From assembly GCA_963796275.1 (NCBI GenBank), contig CAWCKY010000004.1:544001-608000 (forward strand): a stretch of 64,000 bases of DNA. The letters are read 5' to 3'. The translations under genes were made by a program, and so were the position numbers. This document shows positions 30,796 to 39,655 of this stretch, piece after piece (the stretch's first letter is position 1; the number at the start of each line of letters is the position of its first letter). Origin of the DNA: an uncultured Acidobacteriota bacterium. GTDB lineage: Bacteria > Acidobacteriota > Blastocatellia > RBC074. The notes beneath the pieces were generated by a model. That model ran no database searches and was not told where the DNA came from. It saw only the letters and a program-made list of their open reading frames with translations.

Positions 30796-31022
30796 TTTAT
30801 CGGTGGCTCTCCCGCGATATTCCAAAATGCGTTCGCCTTTCTCCGGCTCACTCAGTTGATCGCGCTATTGTCTGCCCGCGAAATATGATTCAGTCCATTC
30901 GGCTGCTGTAACTTGCCGCTTCACCCCAGCCGTTCTAAATGCCTGCGGCAATTTATATTTTTATACGTCGTTCGGACGACAATTCCCTTCAAATACAGGG
31001 CAGTCGCTGATAATATCCCGCA

Positions 31023-31529
31023 ATGGATTTGACCACGGGGCTCCCTCACCAGAAGCCTGGAAAGCTTATCCGCCTAGCCTGGAGAGACCGATGCCTGACG
31101 AAAATTCCCGATTCGCGTCTTAAATCAAGATCTACCGCGTCGCCCAGATCCGGGTGGTTAGTTACTCTCATGGTTGTCAGCTCGGTCGTGTTGACCGGTT
31201 GTGAACTTGAGCGTAGGGCCATTGGTATTACGGAACATCCCAGTAACAGAGCAAAAGGACAGTTGTACGGCAACGTTCTTTATAATCGTGAAACGAGGTA
31301 TCTCAATGGCGAATTAAACTACGGTATCACCACGAACGTCACCGTGCGGAATATCGGTGAGACCGGTTTCATCAAGGTCATCGTAAATCTCAGATGCTCC
31401 GAAGGAGAATGGAACCACATCGAGGAGATATCCCTTTGCGCAGGTAAATACAGGACTTTGACCCACTTCTTTCCCGAACCGACCTACAATGCGATCAATG
31501 TCCAAGTACGGGCTATTGTCTCGCCCTAA
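31023..31529 (+). CDS. Hypothetical protein, possible lipoprotein with a small Ig-like domain
   Basis: Hydrophobic stretch ending in VLTGC; VTVRNIGETG beta-sandwich-like motif; start uncertain. Confidence 0.5.
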   Translation: MDLTTGLPHQKPGKLIRLAWRDRCLTKIPDSRLKSRSTASPRSGWLVTLMVVSSVVLTGCELERRAIGITEHPSNRAKGQLYGNVLYNRETRYLNGELNYGITTNVTVRNIGETGFIKVIVNLRCSEGEWNHIEEISLCAGKYRTLTHFFPEPTYNAINVQVRAIVSP

Positions 31530-31834
31530 TCTGCAAGTATATCCACCCCTGTATTGAAAAGCTCGATCCCATAAGTGAGTGAGTACAGCGATCTGATCAG
31601 CGCTTTTGCACGGCGATGAAGAGATTGGTCGGTAATATTTTCGAAGGGAATTATCGGGCTTTCCGCGGGGTATCCAGCCAGGCCCAGCCGCCGACGCCTG
31701 TTGCAATAAAAAAGGAATCTGGAGAGCGCTTATCCCGGCTTAGCGCGAGTGGAGGGAAGGTTCATTTCCCGCTAAGGTACGGAGAATCGCATTTGCTTAT
31801 AGAATCTACTCTCCTCTTGCGCATCCGCCCGCAA

Positions 31835-34800
31835 CTATGCATTGGCCGCATAGACGCGCGGGATGCTCACTCGCAGCTCGGTTCCAATTCCGGGCTTGGA
31901 ATTCACCTCGAAACTGCCGCGGAGGAGTTTTACGCGTTCCTCTATGCTGACTAGACCGAGTCCCTGGCGCCCTTTCACGTCGTCGCGATTAAACCCCCTA
32001 CCCTCATCGGTGATACGTAGTTCAATCGATTCGGAGGTGCCGGTCATCACTATTTCGGCCGACCGCGCTCCCGAGTGTTTAACGATATTGCGCAGCGACT
32101 CCTGAGCGACGCGATAGAGGCACAACGCGGAATCGGTTGGCATCGGCTCGATATTTCCTTGGATCTTGAGGTCGACCGGAATTCCCTGCAGCTCAGCGAA
32201 CTCAGAGCAATACAACTTGAGCGCCGCCGCGATGCCGACGTGCTCCAGGGTTGACGAGTGCAATTCGTGTGAGAGTCTGCGGATCTGCTCCGATAACCGG
32301 GTGACGCGGTCCTCGAGCTTTTCCAACTGGCTGCGGATGGGGGGATCGGCAGTACGCAATTGCCGTTCGAGTTTGCCGAGACCGAGGGCGAGCGCGGCCA
32401 CCTGTTGATTGAGATCGTCGTGAAGCTCGCGTGCGATATGTTTCCGCTCCTCCTCTTGAGCGACGAGCAGCCTGCCAGCGAGGTACTCGATCCGGCCATA
32501 ACTTTCACGCAATGCCTCTTCGCTCACCACCAGAGCCTCTTCCGCACATTTTCGTTGGGTGATGTCGCGCGAGATCGACAGCAGCTGCACGACATTCCCT
32601 TCGGCGTCGTTGATCGGGGTGATGACGACATCCCACCACTTCGAGATACCGGTCAACGTCGGACAGTAACCGCTGAAGGCTCCTTTACCACCACCGATGG
32701 CGCGTGCGATGGATTCGATCGCAGCTTGCCGTTCAGCCCCATACCATAAGTTGACCATCGGTTTATTGAGGAAATTATCGAGGTCGCGAATCTCCAGTCC
32801 CTTGATTCCACCCGCATTGATATATCGCACCATGCCGTCAAGGTCCAGAACCATGATGCAGTCGCTGCTGCTCTCAAGGATGCGCCTGTTCAGCTCTTCG
32901 CTTTGGCTGAGCAATTCCTCGGCGTGCTTACGCTGGGTGAAGTCTTCGGCCATACCGATGGTAAATTGCGGGCGGCCGAGGTCATCGCGGACGAGCGATA
33001 CGGTGAGATTTGTCCAGACCAGACCGCCGTCTTTCCTGAAATACCGCTTCTCAATCCGGTAGAGGTCGATCTCGCCATTGACCATCATATTGAAAAGGCG
33101 GTCCCCCAGGGCGACGTCATCGGGGTGAGTCAGGTTCTTAAAAGTGGTGGCCCGCATCTCATCAGCGGTATAGCCCAGCATTTGCTGGAACGTCTGGTTG
33201 GTTTCGATCGGCACACCATCGAGATTGATGAGCGACATCCCGACGCCTATGTTGTCGAAAACCGCACGGAACCTGCGCTCGCTCTCGCGCAGGGCCTCTT
33301 CCGCCTGTTTCCGCTCGGTGATGTCGTTGAGCGTGAAGAGCAGGCACTTCTTGCCGCCGAGTTCGATCTGGTCAGCCGAGGATAGCAACACCCGAAGCAA
33401 TCCATCCTTGGTCCGGAACCTCGCCTCGACATTCCTCACTACACCGTGCTCTTCGATCAGCCTGATAAAATCGGCACGCGCCTGCACCGCCTCCCACGTA
33501 TTCAGTTCAAGCGAGGTGTTCCCGATGAGCTCATCGCGGCTGAACCCGCTCATCTCCTCGTAGGCTTGGTTGATGTCGATAAATCGACCTTCGTTCAGGG
33601 TTGCGATGGCCATCGGCTGGGGATTGTTCTCAAAGGCCTTCTTGAATCGTTCCTCGGCCTGTCTGCGCCCCGTGATATCGCGGACCACGCTCAGAATCTT
33701 ATCGCTGTCGCAACTGACAGTGCGCGCCTCGTAATAACGGTTCTCCCCCCCAATAGGCAGCGAGTACTCGATGATGACCGGCTCATCGGAATGCGACGCC
33801 TGCTCAATGACCTTCTCGAACTTCACCGCCATATCGTGCGGGAACACATCGCGCATATTATGACCGAGGAACCTCTCGGGCTGCATAATCAGATCTCGAC
33901 GGTCCTTCACGTGATAGTCCAGATAGACGCCGTCTCGCGACTGAAGAAAGATCATATCGGGTAGCGCCCGGAGCATTGCCCGGTTCCGTTCCCCGCTCTC
34001 CCGCAGCGCGCGCTCCGTCCGTTTGCTTTCGGTGATATCCTGCAAGACTGTATTGACGCCGATGACGACGCCGTTCTTGTCCTTGACCGGATAGTGGCTG
34101 ACCAGCCAATCCTTAGCTATCTCCGGTTGCGATTTCGTCTTGCCGTGAAATTCCAACCCGACCAGCGGTTCTCCCGAATTAATTACCGAATGGAAGAGTG
34201 GCTCGATCTTGTCGGCCAGCCAGGGCAGCGTCTCGCGCAGCGTCTTCCCAACATGAGCCGCCGCCGGCAGCCCGTCGAATTCGGCCAGGCGATCGTTAAT
34301 GCTCACATAACGCAGATCGGTATCGACAAATGCCAGTCCGACCGGAGTTGTGTGGTAGATGGTACTGAGCTGCGCATACTGGTGGCGCACCTCTTCCCCG
34401 CTCCTGCGCAGCTCTTCGCTGGACCAATGTTGCTCCTGAATGGCCGCTACGAGCAGCATAAATGGAATGGTGATCGACCCAAGAAAAATTTGGAGTGACA
34501 GCAGATTCAGTTCCGACGGAAGCGCGATGAATGGGCCGTGTCCGGTGATCGCGCTCCAGACCGAGGTCAGCGTGAGAATGAGACTGGCGGAATAAGTCCC
34601 CACCGGTCCGAGCCTCACTGCAGACCAGAGCAGTAATGGCAGCGGCACGTAGAGGAGCGCTAGAGATGTAGCGTAACTGGCTTTTCCACTGAATATGAAA
34701 TAGGAGACTCCCAACAACCCTCCTACCAAGAGACACGCTTCGAGATAACGCTTGCTCGACGCGATCTGCATCATTCCCTTGCCAGCCCAGAGCAATACCA

Positions 34801-35389
34801 CCGGCGTCACCGTAATCAACGCCAGAAAGTTCGATAGGAAAACCGACCACCACGAAATCCAGGGACCGGGGTTAACCGGAAACGGATATTGCGAATCGAT
34901 TGAAAGGAACGTGAGCAGGAAAGAGGGCGAGACGAAGCAGTGCACTGCGAGAGCCACGGTCACTATGGTGAGGTACACGATTACATCCCGTTTCCGGTCG
35001 AACCGCGGAAGACCATCGAGATATCGCCTCAGTCCACCCACTATCAGGAGTGTCAATGAGATATTGAATCCAATCTGCCAGAATATCCTCCAGTATGGGA
35101 TACCAATAGGTAACGATGCTGCGATATGCGCTGGCACGATTGCGAGCAAAAATATCCACCATAACCGCCGGTTCGGATTCAATAACAATACGGCCAATAA
35201 TATCGCGTTCGGCGGCATGATCGGAGGAATGACCGAAGTCGGGAACCTGATGGTGAATCCGACGATCATGCCGAAATAGTATGTGGCGGAGACCAGAATC
35301 GCGATCAATATCGTGCCGATGGCGAGCGGTAATGGCCGTGTAAAGTTATCTATAGTCCCATCTTCAGGATTGCTGATGGCTTCCCGCAT
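31835..35389 (-). CDS. MASE1 plus multi-PAS sensor histidine kinase (HisKA_3/NarX-UhpB type)
   Basis: N-terminal TM MASE1 (PPNAILLA, PLLLWSAVR), about five PAS/PAC repeats, EERKHIARELHD H-box, QESLRNIVKHS, DEGRGF, GLGL. Confidence 0.93.
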   Translation of the reverse strand: MREAISNPEDGTIDNFTRPLPLAIGTILIAILVSATYYFGMIVGFTIRFPTSVIPPIMPPNAILLAVLLLNPNRRLWWIFLLAIVPAHIAASLPIGIPYWRIFWQIGFNISLTLLIVGGLRRYLDGLPRFDRKRDVIVYLTIVTVALAVHCFVSPSFLLTFLSIDSQYPFPVNPGPWISWWSVFLSNFLALITVTPVVLLWAGKGMMQIASSKRYLEACLLVGGLLGVSYFIFSGKASYATSLALLYVPLPLLLWSAVRLGPVGTYSASLILTLTSVWSAITGHGPFIALPSELNLLSLQIFLGSITIPFMLLVAAIQEQHWSSEELRRSGEEVRHQYAQLSTIYHTTPVGLAFVDTDLRYVSINDRLAEFDGLPAAAHVGKTLRETLPWLADKIEPLFHSVINSGEPLVGLEFHGKTKSQPEIAKDWLVSHYPVKDKNGVVIGVNTVLQDITESKRTERALRESGERNRAMLRALPDMIFLQSRDGVYLDYHVKDRRDLIMQPERFLGHNMRDVFPHDMAVKFEKVIEQASHSDEPVIIEYSLPIGGENRYYEARTVSCDSDKILSVVRDITGRRQAEERFKKAFENNPQPMAIATLNEGRFIDINQAYEEMSGFSRDELIGNTSLELNTWEAVQARADFIRLIEEHGVVRNVEARFRTKDGLLRVLLSSADQIELGGKKCLLFTLNDITERKQAEEALRESERRFRAVFDNIGVGMSLINLDGVPIETNQTFQQMLGYTADEMRATTFKNLTHPDDVALGDRLFNMMVNGEIDLYRIEKRYFRKDGGLVWTNLTVSLVRDDLGRPQFTIGMAEDFTQRKHAEELLSQSEELNRRILESSSDCIMVLDLDGMVRYINAGGIKGLEIRDLDNFLNKPMVNLWYGAERQAAIESIARAIGGGKGAFSGYCPTLTGISKWWDVVITPINDAEGNVVQLLSISRDITQRKCAEEALVVSEEALRESYGRIEYLAGRLLVAQEEERKHIARELHDDLNQQVAALALGLGKLERQLRTADPPIRSQLEKLEDRVTRLSEQIRRLSHELHSSTLEHVGIAAALKLYCSEFAELQGIPVDLKIQGNIEPMPTDSALCLYRVAQESLRNIVKHSGARSAEIVMTGTSESIELRITDEGRGFNRDDVKGRQGLGLVSIEERVKLLRGSFEVNSKPGIGTELRVSIPRVYAANA

Positions 35390-35627
35390 TTTATCCCTTC
35401 ATTTTCATTCCCTGCCAGACTCATCGGATCGAGCCCGTCAGAATCCATGATCTAACTAAATCCATACAACCAATTTGGGACATCGAGATTGATGACGTGA
35501 TTACTTCTCAACATTAGTTCTCTTTGATGTTTATTTTGTGAATTATAACCCATAAGCAGGGTAACCAGTTAAACGTAATTTAAGCAAAAATAAGAAAGAG
35601 AAAAATCCCAGTAAAAACGGTAGCTTA

Positions 35628-36659
35628 TCACTTGGGAATGGACGACGAGGGAACCCGTACATAGCGGATTCGTTTCCGGTTCCAAGTGTATGTGATATGG
35701 AGGTCGCCATTCTTCCCTTGAATGAGAGCCGGATATGAATATTCGCCCGGTTGATCCTCCAGGGTGTGGAACATCTGAAAATTCTCACCATCCTTGCTGA
35801 CGGCAAGATTCAACGGCGTTCGCCCCTTACCGGTATGATTATAGACAAGCACTACACGCCCATCGGCAAGCCCCACCGCATCGACCCCCGCGCTCGGGTT
35901 GGGGAGATCGATAGGTCGCGCCTGCGTCCACGTAACTCCTCCGTCCGAAGAATCGGCCACGCAAACTTTGCCGATCCGTGCCGTGGATCGCGCGTAGAAT
36001 CGCAGTCGCCTGCCCCCTAACGAGACGACGGCCGGCTGAATGATGCCGTGCGATCTATGCAATGCGGCAGGGTCTGGCGGCAGATCTCGCATCAACTCAG
36101 GCGGTACAGTAATGGGTCCGAATTTCGACCACGTTTTACCGCCGTCGGTGCTCCGCTCGATCCAGCACGACCACGACCGATAGCTTTCAACTGATGTCCC
36201 GCTGACTATGGTTCCATCTTTCATCACCAGCGGTTTGGATCGGATGGGACCATAAAGGCCGGCCGGCAGGTGTTCCACCTGCGACCAGGTTTTGCCGTCA
36301 TCGGCGCTCCAACGTCTCCCGGCGCTCCATCTATCCGGGTGGGGGCCGAATTTATAATAAAGCCACAAACGCCCGTCTTTGTTATGGAACAACACCGGGT
36401 TATAAGTGGCGATCTCCGGCTCGCGAGCCAGTTCGACGGGCTCCGACCACTTGTCGCCGGTGCGGCGCGCGCCCCATATTGCGACATCGGGCTTTCCCTC
36501 CGCCGTCCCTCCGAACCAGGCGGCCATGAGATCACCGTTACGCAACTCCACGACAGTCGATGCGTGACAAGATGCGAAGGGAGCGGATGTGAATATGAAT
36601 TCGCTTGGTGAGGCGGGTTGCATGACTGCAAAGAAGATAAGCAAGAAAGACATCCGCAT
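35628..36659 (-). CDS. Exo-alpha-sialidase-like / BNR_2 (Asp-box) propeller protein
   Basis: Signal peptide; CHASTVVE, Asp-boxes SADDGKTW, STDGGKTW and SSDGGVTW; YSYP. Confidence 0.85.
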   Translation of the reverse strand: MRMSFLLIFFAVMQPASPSEFIFTSAPFASCHASTVVELRNGDLMAAWFGGTAEGKPDVAIWGARRTGDKWSEPVELAREPEIATYNPVLFHNKDGRLWLYYKFGPHPDRWSAGRRWSADDGKTWSQVEHLPAGLYGPIRSKPLVMKDGTIVSGTSVESYRSWSCWIERSTDGGKTWSKFGPITVPPELMRDLPPDPAALHRSHGIIQPAVVSLGGRRLRFYARSTARIGKVCVADSSDGGVTWTQARPIDLPNPSAGVDAVGLADGRVVLVYNHTGKGRTPLNLAVSKDGENFQMFHTLEDQPGEYSYPALIQGKNGDLHITYTWNRKRIRYVRVPSSSIPK

Positions 36660-37104
36660 GTCGAGGTCTCCTCAGAAAATAATTGCGAGTTTTCCAAGAT
36701 ATTCACTCGGAAACTGGAAACTATTTTTTACAAACGCCTCCCCAGTTTCGATGGGTTAACGGCTTGTTGCACAAAGGGAACTCCGGCTCGATGTTTGAGC
36801 ATCGCGAGGCGCGGGCGACGTAACGTGTACGCCGTGATATCTATGCGCGGCCTGTTTCATCCGCGTGCCCGCGCCATCTAGGCCGACCCTTCCGGGTCGT
36901 GTCGCGCAGGCAGATTTCGACGATTTTACTGAAATCTGCGAGAATCGCATCGAGTTCGCCGGGCTGCTCGATCCCCGTCAGGAAGATCGTGGCCGACGCC
37001 GCCCGGTACAATACCACCCGTAATGACAGATTGCCAGTCAATTGCCGTCAGAGGCCGCCCTTCACGCAAACTGAGGATGCCACTGAATCTACTGCGATCA
37101 TCGC

Positions 37105-37192
37105 AACGAAGAGCTATTAAACGAAGAGCTATTAATGGATAATTGATAATTGACGAGTATAAGGCAATTATCAATTATTCAATATCAATTAT
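37105..37192. repeat. 15-bp tandem duplication followed by an AT-rich heptamer hairpin
   Basis: AACGAAGAGCTATTA x2 (37105-37134), then GATAATTGATAATTG...CAATTATCAATTATTCAATATCAATTAT. Confidence 0.7.
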
Positions 37193-38675
37193 CCGTCCCT
37201 TTCGGGCCGGAGAGTCTTTCTCGCCCTGCCACACCGGTTTCGACAGCGGATTTTATGACTGCCTCGGCAACTTTTCGCGCAACATCGCGATTGAAGACGC
37301 TCGGCACGATGTAATCGGGGTGCAACTCTTCCGTGGCGATGATGCTGGCTATGGCTTCGGCGGCAGCGAGTTTCATCTCTTCGTTTATCTCCCGGGCGCG
37401 GCAGTCAAGCGCGCCGCGGAAGATGCCCGGGAAGGCCAGGACATTATTGATCTGATTCGGGTAATCCGAACGGCCCGTTGCCATAACGCGCACGAAAGGA
37501 GCGGCGTCTTCTGGCATTATCTCCGGCGTCGGATTGGCCAACGCAAAGACGACAGGATCGCGGGCCATTCCTTTGAGATCGGCGACCGTGATCGCGCCCG
37601 GAGCCGAAAGGCCGATGAATACGTCCGCATTCCTGATGCAGTCGTGGACGGAGCCGCGCTCGTTCTTCGGATTCGTGTTATCGGCATACCAGCTCTTCAT
37701 GTAGTTCATGTTGGCCGCGCGACCGCGATAGATCGCTCCCTCGCGGTCGCAGCCGATGACGTTGCGCACACCGGCCTGCATCAGGATTTTGGAACACGCA
37801 ACACCAGCCGCGCCGACGCCGTTGAAGACTACTTTCAAATCAGATGGCTGCTTGTCGACCAGCTTGAGTGCGTTGATGAGCGCAGCCAGCACGACTATCG
37901 CGGTGCCGTGCTGGTCGTCATGAAAGACGGGGATGTCTAGTTCGCCCTTGAGCCGCTCTTCGATCTCGAAACAGCGCGGCGCAGCGATATCTTCCAGATT
38001 GATACCGCCGAAGCCGGGTGCGAGGGCTCTCACCGCCCGCACGATTTCGTCCGGGTCTTTGGTATCGAGACAGATCGGCCAGGCATCGATGCCGGCGAAC
38101 TCTTTGAAGAGCATGGCCTTGCCCTCCATGACCGGCATCGCCGCCTTCGGCCCGATGTCACCCAAACCGAGCACGGCCGTGCCGTCAGTGACGACTGCGA
38201 CCGTGTTCTTCTTGATCGTCAGCGTGTAGGCTTTCTCGGGATCGTCGTGAATCGCCATGCAGACGCGCGCGACCCCAGGCGTGTACGCCATGGAGAGATC
38301 GGAGCGCGTCTTCAATTGCGCCTTGTTCTCCATACTGATCTTGCCACCTAGATGCAGCAGGAATGTACGATCGGAGACGTGTATGACCTCCACGCCGGGC
38401 AGCTCGCCGACGAAATCGACGATCTGCTCGCCATGCTCGACTGATGAGGCATCAACCGTGATGTCGCGAATTACGTGAGTGGAAGTGACTTGAACGATGT
38501 CGATCGCCCCTACATCGCCTCCCGCACGCCCGATGGATGATAGGACTTCCCCGAGCATCCCGACCTTGTTTTCGATGTGCACCCGCAGCGTTATGCTGTT
38601 GGATGCGCTAGGCGCTCTTCTGGCAACATGGCGCGCCTCGATTTGAACGACCTCATCGTTCGCAGGCTTTTCCAT
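37185..38675 (-). CDS. NAD(P)-dependent malic enzyme with N-terminal ACT domain
   Basis: ACT NKVGMLGEV; AYTPGVA, TDGTAVLGLGDIG, MEGKA, NLEDI, FHDDQHGT, GVGAAG, NQINNVLAFPG. Confidence 0.95.
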   Translation of the reverse strand: MEKPANDEVVQIEARHVARRAPSASNSITLRVHIENKVGMLGEVLSSIGRAGGDVGAIDIVQVTSTHVIRDITVDASSVEHGEQIVDFVGELPGVEVIHVSDRTFLLHLGGKISMENKAQLKTRSDLSMAYTPGVARVCMAIHDDPEKAYTLTIKKNTVAVVTDGTAVLGLGDIGPKAAMPVMEGKAMLFKEFAGIDAWPICLDTKDPDEIVRAVRALAPGFGGINLEDIAAPRCFEIEERLKGELDIPVFHDDQHGTAIVVLAALINALKLVDKQPSDLKVVFNGVGAAGVACSKILMQAGVRNVIGCDREGAIYRGRAANMNYMKSWYADNTNPKNERGSVHDCIRNADVFIGLSAPGAITVADLKGMARDPVVFALANPTPEIMPEDAAPFVRVMATGRSDYPNQINNVLAFPGIFRGALDCRAREINEEMKLAAAEAIASIIATEELHPDYIVPSVFNRDVARKVAEAVIKSAVETGVAGRERLSGPKGTDN

Positions 38676-38710
38676 TTACTCATCTTTCCGGGGGGCTTAT
38701 TCAGGATCGA

Positions 38711-39004
38711 TCAGTCGGCGCGGCTGCCATCATCGGCCAGGATTACTTCGGGCCAATAGAGGAATCGCGCGCAATTTGAACAGACGATAAACATTCCATT
38801 CTTCGCCTGTTGGAGACGGGCTTGCGCAACCGACAAATTGCAGGCTTTGCAGCGTACGCCATTGATCGGGGCGAATGCTCCGTGTCCATTTCGGTTGGCG
38901 AAGTACCTGCGCAGGGATTCGAGCGTATCTTTTGAATGAGGCTGGGCCTTGAGCAACAGCCTTACCAATATCTCTTCTTCTATCTTCTCGGAAATGGTGT
39001 TCAT
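38711..39004 (-). CDS. Stand-alone C4 zinc-ribbon protein (zf-RING_7-like)
   Basis: RBS GGAGG before ATG 39004; CKAC...CSNCARFLY. Confidence 0.8.
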   Translation of the reverse strand: MNTISEKIEEEILVRLLLKAQPHSKDTLESLRRYFANRNGHGAFAPINGVRCKACNLSVAQARLQQAKNGMFIVCSNCARFLYWPEVILADDGSRAD

Positions 39005-39023
39005 CTTCCGACCTCCTTTTTCT

Positions 39024-39374
39024 TTAGCGTCGCGCCTGCTTCCTCGGCTGGTGGGGATGAATCTCTTCCAGCATGCTTCGGACGCCAATTAAATGGTTAT
39101 TAAAGATTTCTCGAGCTACGTCGAGCAGTTTAAATAAGGCGGGGTCGGTGACCGAATAAAACACATTCGATCCTTCCTTGCGTGCAGTCACGATATTCTT
39201 ATTGCGAAGGATAGCGAGCTGTTGCGAGGCATTCGCAGATCCAACTTCGAATTTCTGACTGACTTCGTTCACCGTCAGCTCCCCTTCGCGCAAGGCATCG
39301 AGAATCGATACGCGCAATGGATGTGCCAACGCCTTAAAGAACTCAGCTTTGAAATTGCTCAGTTTTTGTCTCAT
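39024..39374 (-). CDS. ArsR/SmtB family transcriptional regulator (no Cys)
   Basis: FFKALAHPLRVSIL, SQQLAILR, RKEGSNVFYSV. Confidence 0.93.
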   Translation of the reverse strand: MRQKLSNFKAEFFKALAHPLRVSILDALREGELTVNEVSQKFEVGSANASQQLAILRNKNIVTARKEGSNVFYSVTDPALFKLLDVAREIFNNHLIGVRSMLEEIHPHQPRKQARR

Positions 39375-39405
39375 TGAATTTTATCGATTCGGCGGTCGCA
39401 AGGGT

Positions 39406-39433
39406 TAGCATCTGCGAATCTTTGCAGATGCTA
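39406..39433. promoter_or_regulatory. Putative ArsR/SmtB operator (13-2-13 inverted repeat)
   Basis: TAGCATCTGCGAA-TC-TTTGCAGATGCTA (12 of 13 positions symmetric) about 30 nt upstream of the arsR start; resembles the 12-2-12 SmtB/ArsR box. Confidence 0.75.
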
Positions 39434-39655
39434 GCTTCTATTCCGAAATGTGTCAAGACATGTTTTAGGAATATTTACGATTCTTTTTAAACCTAAACCT
39501 ATGCAAGCCGCCATAAGTAGGTACAAGACGCAAAGGGTGGATAACGCGCTATTTATTTATGATGCCTTAACCGCGTTTTTGTATTTTTGATATTTGCGAT
39601 TAATTTCCGATCTGAATTGCGCCTCAATTATAGAGGGTAGAGAAAAGGGGAAAAG

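Noticed and set aside
36700-37100. Possible small gene or ncRNA between the sialidase-like and malic enzyme genes
   Set aside because: Only short overlapping ORFs with no motif or clear RBS, and no recognisable RNA family.
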